Shown in pieces: positions 8,868-18,224 of a stretch of 34,351 bases of DNA. A program made the translations under genes and the position numbers. This stretch comes from Bdellovibrionota bacterium FG-2 (lineage in GTDB: Bacteria; Bdellovibrionota; UBA1018), in the NCBI GenBank assembly GCA_051382305.1, contig JBBCAV010000393.1:1-34351 (forward strand), written 5' to 3'. The notes beneath the pieces were generated by a model, which made no database searches, had not been told where the DNA came from, and saw nothing but the letters and a program-made list of their open reading frames with translations. Numbering within the stretch: the stretch's first letter is position 1; each line of letters starts with the position of its first letter.

Positions 8868-9545
8868 TTATTTTTCGTATTTGTATCCCACACCATAAAT
8901 CGAGATGACGTGCTTGGTAAGAAGTGGAATTTTTCTTCTTAGCGCCCGAATATGGACGTCGATTGTTCGATCATTCGTTTTGTGGGATTCGTCTTTCCAA
9001 ACGTCTTTTAAAATATCCTCTCGCGAAACGACTGATCCCGCTTTGGCTGCTAAGCATCGGAGGATGTCGAACTCCGTGAGAGTGAGTAGCGCCTTTTTTC
9101 CAGCAAACGTGACTTCGCGGTTTGAGGGATCGATGCGAAGTTCACCCACTTGAATAGGCTGAACCGTTGCCTCGGCATTTTTTCGCAGACGGGAGTGAAT
9201 ACGCGCAAGGAGTTCTTTGTAGTCAAAGGGCTTGGGAATGTAGTCATCTGCGCCGCTGGATAGCCCCTGCGTAATATCCATTACACTGGATTTTGCCGAT
9301 AGAAAAATTACAGGAATGTGCTTGGTCTTTTCGTCTTTTTTGAGAAGGCTACAGGCATCGTAGCCGCTCAGGATTGGAAGTACAATGTCCAGCAGAATGA
9401 GATCGGGTGCTTTGTTACGGGCAAATTCGATTCCGATCACACCATTTTCAGCAGTAATAACATCGAACTCCTTGCTGAGCATGGCTTCTAAGAAACGACG
9501 AGTGTCCGGGTTGTCTTCAATGATTAGTACGCGATATTTTTCCAT
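8868..9545 (-). CDS. OmpR/PhoB-family response regulator
   Basis: IIEDN, LILLDIVLP (phospho-Asp), GADDYIPKPF, LTLTEFDIL, RTIDVHIRALRRK, GVGY; start reassigned to MEKY at 9545. Confidence 0.95.
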   Translation of the reverse strand: MEKYRVLIIEDNPDTRRFLEAMLSKEFDVITAENGVIGIEFARNKAPDLILLDIVLPILSGYDACSLLKKDEKTKHIPVIFLSAKSSVMDITQGLSSGADDYIPKPFDYKELLARIHSRLRKNAEATVQPIQVGELRIDPSNREVTFAGKKALLTLTEFDILRCLAAKAGSVVSREDILKDVWKDESHKTNDRTIDVHIRALRRKIPLLTKHVISIYGVGYKYEK

Positions 9546-9889
9546 ATAGATTGGTCCACATTTGCTTTTTTGCAATATTGCAGGGTTGCTTGTCGTAAAA
9601 TTTCTGTTCTCAAGTCATCTTCTGCCGGAGCGCTGGGGGATTGTGATTCGAGGGTCAACGCATAGAGCGCTTTTTGAAGGTTTCCCACTCGCGCAATGAG
9701 TTTCTCATTTTCCTGTTTAACTTTGGTGGCAGTCGCCGGGTTGCGATTCGCAATTTTTCCCGTTAGGGTTTTCACTTCTCTTTGAAGCGTTTGAACTTGG
9801 GCCTTTAGCTCTTGGATCTTGTTGGGAGCGGTTTCGGCGACCGGAGTGGGTGCAGGCGAGCTAGCAGAGGGAGCTTTTGGGTTGGCCAT
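9524..9889 (-). CDS. Hypothetical coiled-coil protein
   Basis: Heptad-like segments (IQELKAQVQTLQREVKTL); tightly packed between the STAS-like and regulator genes. Confidence 0.7.
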   Translation of the reverse strand: MANPKAPSASSPAPTPVAETAPNKIQELKAQVQTLQREVKTLTGKIANRNPATATKVKQENEKLIARVGNLQKALYALTLESQSPSAPAEDDLRTEILRQATLQYCKKANVDQSIWKNIAY

Positions 9890-9890
9890 G

Positions 9891-10511
9891 TTATGCACGC
9901 ACCTTGAGAACCCCTTCTTGCTCTAGTACGGTCACGGCAGTTTTCTCGACGGCGCGCATTTTTGCGGCGGCATTAGGAGAAAGCCCTGGCTTAGTGCGAT
10001 GTTTGAGCAGCTTAACGACCTGCTCTTCGAGGCTTCGAACGAGCTTGCGAGCGACGGTATTTTCTTTGAGGAGGGTTGTGATGTCTAAAGTGTCTTTAGA
10101 GGTCGTAAGATCGTTATACTTTTTACCCAAGGCGGCTTTTTTAGCTTCAAGGGCGCGCACCTGGCTTTGAAGCGCCATTTCAGCCAAAATGCTGCGCATG
10201 TTAGGCGAATTGAGGGCTGTGATCCCTTCTTGGAGTGAAGGGAACTGCGCGATTTCGTTGATGGGGGAGGTGACTACGACGGCGGCGTTTTGATCGTACG
10301 CCCAAGCGGCAAGCGAGTTGATTTCAGACATGACGTCGAGGCTGGCAAAGTCAGTGGGCGTTGAGCCGGTCATGTTCAGTAGAATATTTTGTTTTCCCGC
10401 TTTGATTAGTTTTTGAAGGCCCGCTTTGAGGGCGGTCACATGCTCGCGCCCGATCGCTTCTGTGATCGTTAGAATCGTAATACTGCCTTTTCCCTGGACA
10501 ATTATCTTCAT
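9891..10511 (-). CDS. STAS-like (anti-sigma antagonist fold) domain plus C-terminal coiled coil
   Basis: N-terminus ITILTITEAI...LKAGLQKLIKAGKQNILLNMT...DFASL resembles the STAS pattern; C-terminal heptads. Confidence 0.55.
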   Translation of the reverse strand: MKIIVQGKGSITILTITEAIGREHVTALKAGLQKLIKAGKQNILLNMTGSTPTDFASLDVMSEINSLAAWAYDQNAAVVVTSPINEIAQFPSLQEGITALNSPNMRSILAEMALQSQVRALEAKKAALGKKYNDLTTSKDTLDITTLLKENTVARKLVRSLEEQVVKLLKHRTKPGLSPNAAAKMRAVEKTAVTVLEQEGVLKVRA

Positions 10512-10551
10512 AACTATGTTAATAAAATTCTACCATGCTTTGTGTAGAGGG

Positions 10552-10560
10552 TGTTAATCT
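10552..10560 (+). promoter_or_regulatory. Extended -10 promoter of HDOD gene (probably leaderless)
   Basis: TGtTAATCT (10552-10560), 6 nt, ATG 10567; no SD. Confidence 0.45.
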
Positions 10561-10566
10561 TCTCTT

Positions 10567-11700
10567 ATGGCGGAAAAAGTTGTTCCCAATAAATCCGTGA
10601 CGCAGGGCGCAAAGGCTGCCCAGCCGGTAGTAAAAGCTGGTCGGCTGGTGGAGGATCTTGTCCTGGCTGTGCCAGCCTTTAAGGCCTTGGAAGTGCCTCA
10701 ACCCCTTCAGGACTTTTACTGGAAACTCGTTCCCAGAATTAGTTTAGATGAAACGAGTTGGAGGCTACTGGATGCGTTCTCGGCCCCGGATGTGAATGCG
10801 GAGCGAGTCGCCGAGATTATTAAGGGTAACCCCTATTATGAGAGCTTTGTCGCACAGGCAATTAAAGCCCTAGGGGCTAAAGAAGCCCCTTCTCTGGAGG
10901 CTGGCGTCGTATTGATGGGGATGCAAAATACGCGAGCTCTCGTTGTCGGTCTGCAATTGTTTCGCACAATCAAAGGTCAACATCCTCCTGTGGGAAAAGA
11001 TGGGAAGGTGGGGTTTTCTCCGAAGGATTTTCTGAAATACGCCGTGAAGACGGATGATGCTTTGACGGCGCGAAAGTCTCATGAGGGAGATATCGCTTTT
11101 GCAGCGGGTGTTATTTTTGACATGCTCATGATGATTGCGAATGAGTACTCCGAGGATAAAGCTAAGATCGTGGGGCTCATTGAGCAGGTGTGGGGGCACG
11201 GATTTCGTACGGCTCAGATTGCCATCGAGCTTGCGCAGGATCTTCCCGACTTTGGCTATCGTCGCTTTTTGATTCCTGCTTGCATGCTGCATGATGTGGG
11301 CAAAGTGTTAATGGCTTTTTTGGTCCCAGGCTACATGGGGTTTGTCGAGGATTGTCAAAAAAGCGGAGTAACCCGCTCTGTCCGGGTTTTCGCGGAGACG
11401 ACTCGTTTTGGCTTAAATCACATTACGTTAGGGGGGCTTGCTTTCCAGTGTTTTAAGATGTTTCGGCCTGTTCGCAAGGCGATTCTTTTTCATCATGAAC
11501 CCTTCATTCTCAAGTCGAGAAACAAGGATTTGTATCAGTTAGCGAATCTCGTTTGCCTAGGCACTAATATCGCGAATCACTTCAAGAAGACCGAGAATAT
11601 TGATGATCCAATCATTGCGCATTGGAAGGGGCTTGAGCTTTCGGGCCTAGATTACGACAAAGCAGCGATGATGGCCGCCGTCTCGCGCGTTCAACTTTAG
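10567..11700 (+). CDS. HDOD domain protein
   Basis: VAEIIKGNP, SLEAGVVLMGMQ, AFAAGVIFD, LHDVGKVLM, FGLNH, AILFHHEP. Confidence 0.85.
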   Translation: MAEKVVPNKSVTQGAKAAQPVVKAGRLVEDLVLAVPAFKALEVPQPLQDFYWKLVPRISLDETSWRLLDAFSAPDVNAERVAEIIKGNPYYESFVAQAIKALGAKEAPSLEAGVVLMGMQNTRALVVGLQLFRTIKGQHPPVGKDGKVGFSPKDFLKYAVKTDDALTARKSHEGDIAFAAGVIFDMLMMIANEYSEDKAKIVGLIEQVWGHGFRTAQIAIELAQDLPDFGYRRFLIPACMLHDVGKVLMAFLVPGYMGFVEDCQKSGVTRSVRVFAETTRFGLNHITLGGLAFQCFKMFRPVRKAILFHHEPFILKSRNKDLYQLANLVCLGTNIANHFKKTENIDDPIIAHWKGLELSGLDYDKAAMMAAVSRVQL

Positions 11701-11722
11701 TCTTGGGTGCAAAGTCGCAAAC

Positions 11723-12412
11723 CTAGGCGGCTCGTCGAAAGCGGGCAGCGACAAAATCATCAGAAATGCTTTCTTCATAGGAAATCCACTCGGGGTGGGC
11801 CCCGAGAAATATTTTCACGAGATGGGAATCGAACTGGCGGCCTGAGAACTGCTTGAGTTCTTTGTAGGCAGTTTCGGTAGCTAGGCCTTTTCGGTAGGGT
11901 CGATTAGTGGTCATTGCGTCAAAAGTATCCGCAATGAGAATGATTCGTGCAGTAAGGGGGATGTTTTCTCCCTTGATGCGATCAGGATACCCCTCCCCAT
12001 CCATGCGTTCGTGATGGTGACGAATTCCGGGGAGAGTGGAGCGAAAAAATGGGACATGAGAAAGTGGGGCGAGAATTTCCGCGCTTTTACGGGGGTGCTC
12101 GTGCATGAGGGCTTCTTCATGCGCAGAAAGTCGTGCGGGCTTTAAAAGGATGCTATCGGGGATTCCAAGCTTTCCTAGATCGTGAAACATGCTCGACATC
12201 GCAACAATTCGTTGCTCAAACTCGTTAAGTCCCGCAGCTTTGGATAGAAGGCTTGCATGATGGGCGACTCGAAGTGAGTGGCCAAAAGTATAGGGATCTC
12301 GCTCCTTCAGGGCTTGAAGCAGGGTTTGAGCGACGGAATCAGCCCAAACGGGTACTTCATCCCAGGTGGCAACGGGCGATATTGGCGAATTGAGTTTTGG
12401 TGCACCCATCAA
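11723..12412 (-). CDS. Stand-alone HD-GYP cyclic dinucleotide phosphodiesterase
   Basis: DPYTFGHSLRV, FHDLGK, HHERMDGEGYP, IADTFDAMTTNRPYR. Confidence 0.93.
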   Translation of the reverse strand: MMGAPKLNSPISPVATWDEVPVWADSVAQTLLQALKERDPYTFGHSLRVAHHASLLSKAAGLNEFEQRIVAMSSMFHDLGKLGIPDSILLKPARLSAHEEALMHEHPRKSAEILAPLSHVPFFRSTLPGIRHHHERMDGEGYPDRIKGENIPLTARIILIADTFDAMTTNRPYRKGLATETAYKELKQFSGRQFDSHLVKIFLGAHPEWISYEESISDDFVAARFRRAA

Positions 12413-12448
12413 GTAGCGTTTCGGAACAAAGGGTTGAAAAATTGAGGC

Positions 12449-12478
12449 GGAATTAAGTTTTTCAGGAATTAAGTTTTT
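12449..12478. repeat. Tandem 14-bp direct repeat in divergent intergenic region
   Basis: GGAATTAAGTTTTT at 12449-12462 and 12465-12478. Confidence 0.8.
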
Positions 12479-12504
12479 TTTGAGTTTTATCCGAAGAGTA
12501 GCTT

Positions 12505-13611
12505 GTGAGAAGGCTCTTCAACCGTGAAATGACGGGAATGGTAATAAGTCTGATCTTAGGCGTATCGATCACGCTCAATGCGTTTGGGCGTCAAGATATT
12601 GTCCCAGGCTCCCGTTACACATCTGGTCGTGCCGCAGCCGTAGGGGATGCCTATTTGCCATTGGGTGAGGATGGGGCTTCGGGGCTATTTTCAAATCCAG
12701 CGGGCTTGGCAAAAATTCGAGGCGCTCATTTTGATCCTATGAATTTGTCTTTGTTTGGCAATGGGTCTTTGCTTCAAACCTTTAGCGCCGATTCCTATAA
12801 ACTTTACAGTCTCAGTCAGTATGCACCCGAGCTTGCGAAAAGTCCGGGAACCTATGTTTCCTCAGGGGCCGCGCTGCTACCGGCCTTTTCGTCTCGCTAT
12901 TTGACAGTGGGAATGCTCGCGCAAACAGAGTTTGGTGCGAGCTCCGATGGGACTACGATTCATTATAAGTCGCGTTATCAGTTGATTCCTGCCGCCGGAA
13001 CTTCGGCGAGACTCGCATCGGGCATCGTGAGAGTGGGGTATAGTTTGCAGTGGGTGAATCAGGCCTCAGGGGACGTGTTCACATCTGCGGATTCAGCACC
13101 GCTTGGATATAATGTGGGCCTTTTGCAAGGAAGTGCGCTTTCGCATAATGCGGCAATCGCGATTAATTTGCCCTATTCTTATCTTCCCTCCCTGAATTTC
13201 GTGGGAAGAAACTTGGGGGGGGCCAAATATTCGGCGACAACGATTTATAAAATTGCCACGCAGTCCAGTGGCGTCCCCTTGACGGAGCCGACGACGTTTG
13301 ATGTGTCGGTCAGTGTTCGGCCCAAAGCGACGGCGACTTCGTTTTTCAATCTCGTACTCGAATATCGGGATATGACAAACCAATCGAAAGTTACGCCCTT
13401 GGGACGAGCCGCTTTTGGGGTAGAGTATTCGATTCGAAATTTTCTGTTTTTGCGCGGCGGCTATGGGAGCGGGTATCCTTCTGCTGGCATTGGTGTAGGC
13501 CAAAAGAGTGGTGAATTTTCGCTGACGTATTATAGCGAAGATATCGGCACGACTTATCACGAGCAGCAAGATACCCGCTACTTGTTTCAATATCGGATTG
13601 CGGCATTTTAG
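12505..13611 (+). CDS. Putative outer-membrane beta-barrel (FadL/PorV/TraF-like N-terminus)
   Basis: Signal peptide; RAAAVGDAY...GLFSNPAGLA motif; alternating beta strands; terminal Phe. Confidence 0.7.
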   Translation: MRRLFNREMTGMVISLILGVSITLNAFGRQDIVPGSRYTSGRAAAVGDAYLPLGEDGASGLFSNPAGLAKIRGAHFDPMNLSLFGNGSLLQTFSADSYKLYSLSQYAPELAKSPGTYVSSGAALLPAFSSRYLTVGMLAQTEFGASSDGTTIHYKSRYQLIPAAGTSARLASGIVRVGYSLQWVNQASGDVFTSADSAPLGYNVGLLQGSALSHNAAIAINLPYSYLPSLNFVGRNLGGAKYSATTIYKIATQSSGVPLTEPTTFDVSVSVRPKATATSFFNLVLEYRDMTNQSKVTPLGRAAFGVEYSIRNFLFLRGGYGSGYPSAGIGVGQKSGEFSLTYYSEDIGTTYHEQQDTRYLFQYRIAAF

Positions 13612-13631
13612 CATTCTAGAATCAGTGGGAG

Positions 13632-14789
13632 ATGGTCATCATGGGATTACAACTTAGCGTTTTAGCTAAAAATGCGATGGAAGAAATGCGCCTTGCTCAC
13701 GATCTTAATTTAGCATTGGAAGGATGGGCCGAGTTTCGTGTTCAGCCGGCCACGACGCAAAAATCCTACGGGCAGATCCTCTTTGTGGATGGCAATGTTC
13801 AAAACCTTCATTCGGTATTGGATGGAATTGATCGGCGTGGGCGCGCTGTCTTTTTGCTCGTTCACGAAGCAAGCAATCCCGGCACTCAAGCAACCGAAGT
13901 TCTTTTTGAGGGGAAGGTTGATGATTTGCTTGTATATCCCTTTCGGGCCCTTGAGGTTGTAGGGAAAATTCATCGCTATCGACAGATTTTGATGTGGGAT
14001 GAAGTGACTACTCTGAACACCTCTTTTTCGCAACTGATGGAATCGCTTCACGAAGACCTGAAGCTTACGGAGCGTCTTCAGAAAGCAAAACTCCCCACTC
14101 GGTTCCCTGATTTTAAAGGTTTCAAAGTTCAGAGTCGTTACCTCGCGGGGATGCGCTCCGGCGGGGACTTCTTTGATTTGGCAGAATCAAAAGATGGAAA
14201 TGTTCTTTCGCTAGTTCTTACTGATTCGTCGAGTTATGGACTATCGACTGCGGTAATGTCCGTTCTCATGCGAGTGGTGGTGCGCCTAAGTCTCGATAGT
14301 GCGCGTTCGGCCGCTGAGACGATGCAAAAGATTCTACAGGAACTGAAACTGACGATGGGTGAGAAGGATCATCTCTCGCTATTCTACGGAGTTTTGACTA
14401 AAAAAGACCTAAAATTGCGTTATGTCAATTTTGGGGCGGCGTGTGCGTTCTACTCTTCGTCGCTTTCGAGAGATTTTGTGCCGCTTTCCGCGCAGGGGGG
14501 CGTGATTACGCAGGCCTCTTCTGGCGTTGAAGTCAGTGAGGGCGTTTTAGATCTTCATCCAGAGAGCCGGCTCGTATTGGTCTCGGATGGATTTATCGAT
14601 TCGACACAAGGCGTGGAGGGAATGCTATCACTTCTGAAACAAGGGCGCGCAAAGGAGACAAAGGATTCCCTCAACGAAATGGTCTATCGGGTGAAGTCTA
14701 AATATACCGATCCCGACGATGCGCCGGCGCAGGATTGTTCAGCGTTGGTGCTCGATGTGGACGCGCGTGTGTTGCGTCTGGCACCTTAA
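13632..14789 (+). CDS. PP2C/SpoIIE (RsbU-like) phosphatase with degenerate receiver domain
   Basis: LFVD...VDDLLVYPF receiver-like part; ERLQKAKLP, SGGDFFD, LTDSSSYG, LVLVSDG, QDCS. Confidence 0.85.
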   Translation: MVIMGLQLSVLAKNAMEEMRLAHDLNLALEGWAEFRVQPATTQKSYGQILFVDGNVQNLHSVLDGIDRRGRAVFLLVHEASNPGTQATEVLFEGKVDDLLVYPFRALEVVGKIHRYRQILMWDEVTTLNTSFSQLMESLHEDLKLTERLQKAKLPTRFPDFKGFKVQSRYLAGMRSGGDFFDLAESKDGNVLSLVLTDSSSYGLSTAVMSVLMRVVVRLSLDSARSAAETMQKILQELKLTMGEKDHLSLFYGVLTKKDLKLRYVNFGAACAFYSSSLSRDFVPLSAQGGVITQASSGVEVSEGVLDLHPESRLVLVSDGFIDSTQGVEGMLSLLKQGRAKETKDSLNEMVYRVKSKYTDPDDAPAQDCSALVLDVDARVLRLAP

Positions 14790-14791
14790 CG

Positions 14792-15637
14792 ATGGGCAAA
14801 TACTCTACCTTTATCGCATTCTTTTTCATGATGGTCACAGGCTCTCTGTCCTATTCTGCCCAAGAGAAGGAAGTCCAAGACCTTCCCGAGGAGATGAAAC
14901 GGCTAGGTTTTCAGCTTGAGCGAGTGAACAGTGGGACTTATTTGATCGTTCCGTCCGGGGCGTTATGGAATTTGTCTCCAGATTTGAAGTCCGCCTCGGG
15001 CCTTCTAAAAAAGGGGAGATTTACGGACCTCAGATATCAACGCGCTGGAGATCGGGTCAATCTTGAGCTCAAGGCCAATAACAAGAAGCGGGTCAGTGTC
15101 GAATTAAGTTTGAGTGATTTGAGCGTCAGGCTGCGCGAATATCAAGACAAAATAATGATTGGTCAAACTGTTGAACAGGCTGATCCAAAACTCGTTGAGA
15201 CTTACAAAATCTGGCGCATGGGAGCGAGTCCTGAACAATTGGATTACGTTTTGGCCGAATACGATTCAAAGACGAAAACTCTTAAAATTGTCGAACGCAC
15301 TTCTGGAAAGCTGATTCGCTCCGTCGCGCTGCAGGTGCCGCAAGGAGTGCGGATCAACATCATTGATGGACGTTTTCTATTGGCGACTCAAATCGCCGGA
15401 AATAAGTTTTCCGTCAAAGATAAATTCGTAGGAAGTGGTGAAGGTTCACAGATGCTTTTTGATTTAACAAATCATCTTCAACGCAATAGTTCGGATATTG
15501 AATTCTGTTCGTGGGGTGTGTTCGAACCGGATTTCGTGCAATCAGCCACCATGTCTTCGATCCAAGACGTGCTCGATCGTTTCATATCCAGCGGGGACCG
15601 CGACGAAACCCTTCAAGCTACTCACCCGAAACACTGA
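14792..15637 (+). CDS. Hypothetical exported protein
   Basis: Long ORF starting 2 nt after the PP2C stop; N-terminal signal-like MGKYSTFIAFFFMMVTGSLSYS. Confidence 0.7.
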   Translation: MGKYSTFIAFFFMMVTGSLSYSAQEKEVQDLPEEMKRLGFQLERVNSGTYLIVPSGALWNLSPDLKSASGLLKKGRFTDLRYQRAGDRVNLELKANNKKRVSVELSLSDLSVRLREYQDKIMIGQTVEQADPKLVETYKIWRMGASPEQLDYVLAEYDSKTKTLKIVERTSGKLIRSVALQVPQGVRINIIDGRFLLATQIAGNKFSVKDKFVGSGEGSQMLFDLTNHLQRNSSDIEFCSWGVFEPDFVQSATMSSIQDVLDRFISSGDRDETLQATHPKH

Positions 15638-15641
15638 TGGC

Positions 15642-16778
15642 TTATCCCAGCGCTTGCTTAAGATCCGCAAGCAGATCCGAGACGTCTTCAATCCCCGTAC
15701 TGATTCGAATCAGGTTGTCATGAATTCCTAGCTGTTTGCGTGTTTCCACGGGAATACTCGCATGAGTCATGATCGCCGGATGCTCGATTAGGGATTCGAC
15801 CCCGCCCAAGCTCTCAGCGAGTGTGAAAATCTGAACCTTCTCCAAAAACGCACGAGCTTCGCTCAAGCCACCTCGAATAAAGAATGTGATCATCCCACCG
15901 AAGCCACTCATTTGTTTTCGAGCAAGCGCGTGCTGAGGGTGTGACTCAAGTCCAGGGTAAATCACGCGCTCGACACGGGGATGAGCCTCTAAATAGCGGG
16001 CTATTTGCATCGCATTCTTCGCATGCTGTTCCATGCGGACATGGAGGGTTTTAAGGCCGCGTAGCACCAAGAAACAATCCATTGGAGCCGGGACTCCTCC
16101 GCAGGCATTTTGATAGAATTTTAGCTCTTCATAGAGCGCGGTATTGGAAGTCGCAAGAACTCCGCCGACCACATCGCTATGGCCGTTAATGTATTTGGTG
16201 ACGCTATGAAGAGCGATGTCGGCACCTAAGTCCAAAGGCTTCTGAAAGTATGGACTTAGGAATGTATTATCGACCACCGAAACCGCGCCACACGCCCGCG
16301 CGATTTGGGAGAGAGCAGCGATATCTAGAACCTTGAGCATCGGGTTGGTGGGGCTCTCCATCCACAAGAGCTTGGTCTTTGGTGTGAATGCAGCCTTCGC
16401 TTTGCTCAAATCTGAAAGATCCACACTCGTAAATTCAATACCAAGCTTACGATAGACTTTATCAAAAAGTCGAAAAGTCCCGCCGTAAACATCATCACAG
16501 GCCACGACATGATCACCGGGCCTCAGTGTGTGGAGAATACAATCCATTGCGGCAAGGCCGGAGGAAAAGGCCAACCCATGTTTCGCGTTCTCCAGAGCCG
16601 CCACACAGGCTTGATAGGCGGTCCGTGTGGGATTGTCGGTCCGGGAGTATTCGTACCCCTGGTGAACGCCCGGGGACTTCTGAGCGTAAGTACTGGTTTG
16701 ATAAATAGGGGTCATGACTGCGCCGGTAGCGGAGTCGGGTTCCTGGCCAGCGTGAATTGCGAGTGTTCCAAATTTCAT
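15642..16778 (-). CDS. Cystathionine gamma-lyase/synthase (Cys/Met metabolism PLP enzyme)
   Basis: YEYSRTDNPT, DDVYGGT, ESPTNP, VDNTF, HSVTKYINGHSD (PLP Lys), AESLGGVESL. Confidence 0.95.
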   Translation of the reverse strand: MKFGTLAIHAGQEPDSATGAVMTPIYQTSTYAQKSPGVHQGYEYSRTDNPTRTAYQACVAALENAKHGLAFSSGLAAMDCILHTLRPGDHVVACDDVYGGTFRLFDKVYRKLGIEFTSVDLSDLSKAKAAFTPKTKLLWMESPTNPMLKVLDIAALSQIARACGAVSVVDNTFLSPYFQKPLDLGADIALHSVTKYINGHSDVVGGVLATSNTALYEELKFYQNACGGVPAPMDCFLVLRGLKTLHVRMEQHAKNAMQIARYLEAHPRVERVIYPGLESHPQHALARKQMSGFGGMITFFIRGGLSEARAFLEKVQIFTLAESLGGVESLIEHPAIMTHASIPVETRKQLGIHDNLIRISTGIEDVSDLLADLKQALG

Positions 16779-18163
16779 GTGCGTTTTCCTAAGTAGGCAA
16801 GTAAGTCAATTTTGGTGATAATTCCCAGCATTTCACCGGATTTTTCTGGATTGTTCACCAGAACTGTTTTTCCTGAAGTGACAAGGCGTGAGACTTTTTC
16901 GATCGGATCTTCGGGAGTGACAAATTCAACCGAAGCATCAACTAGAGATTCGATGTTGTCCGATGGCTTCATCTTGCCGCTGTATAGTGCCGAGAGAAGT
17001 GCTCCTTCGGTTACGATCCCTTTGATCCAACCGGCTTTGTCGATTACGGGCACTTGACTGATGTTTTTCTCGTGAAGCGTTTCAATCACAGTCGAAAGAT
17101 TTTGGGATTGTTGAACCATGATCACGTTTCCGTGACGACCCGGTGAAAAGTGGAGGAGATCTGAAACTGTTCCCATGGACTCATCATCCAAGAAACCAGT
17201 TTCGCGCATCCAATCGTCATTAAAGACTTTGGATAAATATCGATTGCCACTGTCCGGAAAAATAACGAGCACTTTCTTGCCGCGAAGTTTCTCGGAGTTT
17301 GCCTTGATGTATTTAATCGCTCCGACCATGGCTCCTGCGGCCGAGCATCCGGTGTAGATTCCTTCTTTAGTGAGAAGCTCGCGGGTGGCGATAAAGGATT
17401 CTTTATCTTCAATTTGAACCATGTCGTCGATGACGGAAAAATCAAAGTTTTTTGGGATAAAGTCTTCACCAATGCCTTCAATTTTGTAACTTTTGGCGAT
17501 CGTCTCCATTTTTCCCGTCTTGAAATAATCGTAAATGATGGAGCCTACCGGATCGGCGGCTACGATTTTAGCAGAGGGGCGATGTTCTTTGAGATACTTA
17601 CCCACTCCGCACAGCGTGCCGCCAGTACCCATGCCTCCGACGAGGACATCGATGTCAGGCATTTGTTTGAGAATTTCGGGGCCAGTCGTCTTGTAATGCG
17701 CTTCTCGGTTCGAAAGGTTATCGTATTGATTGAGGTGTACTGAGTTTGGTGTTTCTCGTGCGATTCGGCGAGCAACGGAGTAGCAACTCTTCGGGTCATC
17801 GGGTGCAACCGCCGTTGGAGTAACCACGACCTTTGCGCCAAACGCGCGCAGGTTTTGGATTTTTTCAGAGGACATTTTATCAGGGAGTACAAATATGCAT
17901 TTGTACCCTTTAACCGCAGCGGCGATCGCAAGTCCCATTCCGGTGTTGCCGCTCGTGCATTCGACGACAGTGCCGCCCGTTTTGATTAGGCCTTTTTTCT
18001 CAGCGTCTGCAATCATCCACCATCCGATGCGATCTTTGATGGAGCCGCCGGGATTTGTGAATTCAAGCTTTGCATAAAGCTCGGCGGTGATGCCTTGCGC
18101 GACTTTATTGAGCCGTACGATAGGGGTGTTGCCAATAATCTGAAGTACGTTATCAAAAATCAT
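16775..18163 (-). CDS. cbs: Cystathionine beta-synthase with C-terminal CBS domains
   Basis: IGNTPIV, NPGGSIKDRI, TSGNTG, GMGTGGT, IEGIG, PDSGNRYLSK; CBS pair (ISQVPVID, GIITKID); start at 18163 after GGAGGA RBS. Confidence 0.92.
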   Translation of the reverse strand: MIFDNVLQIIGNTPIVRLNKVAQGITAELYAKLEFTNPGGSIKDRIGWWMIADAEKKGLIKTGGTVVECTSGNTGMGLAIAAAVKGYKCIFVLPDKMSSEKIQNLRAFGAKVVVTPTAVAPDDPKSCYSVARRIARETPNSVHLNQYDNLSNREAHYKTTGPEILKQMPDIDVLVGGMGTGGTLCGVGKYLKEHRPSAKIVAADPVGSIIYDYFKTGKMETIAKSYKIEGIGEDFIPKNFDFSVIDDMVQIEDKESFIATRELLTKEGIYTGCSAAGAMVGAIKYIKANSEKLRGKKVLVIFPDSGNRYLSKVFNDDWMRETGFLDDESMGTVSDLLHFSPGRHGNVIMVQQSQNLSTVIETLHEKNISQVPVIDKAGWIKGIVTEGALLSALYSGKMKPSDNIESLVDASVEFVTPEDPIEKVSRLVTSGKTVLVNNPEKSGEMLGIITKIDLLAYLGKRT

Positions 18164-18224
18164 AAATCCTCCAAAATGAGAGTTTGCCCTACCCATACGC
18201 CTATCGACTCCGACATGCAAGGTG

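Noticed and set aside
18164-18224. Possible SAM riboswitch or T-box ahead of the sulfur genes
   Set aside because: Only 61 bp, with no recognisable conserved riboswitch elements.
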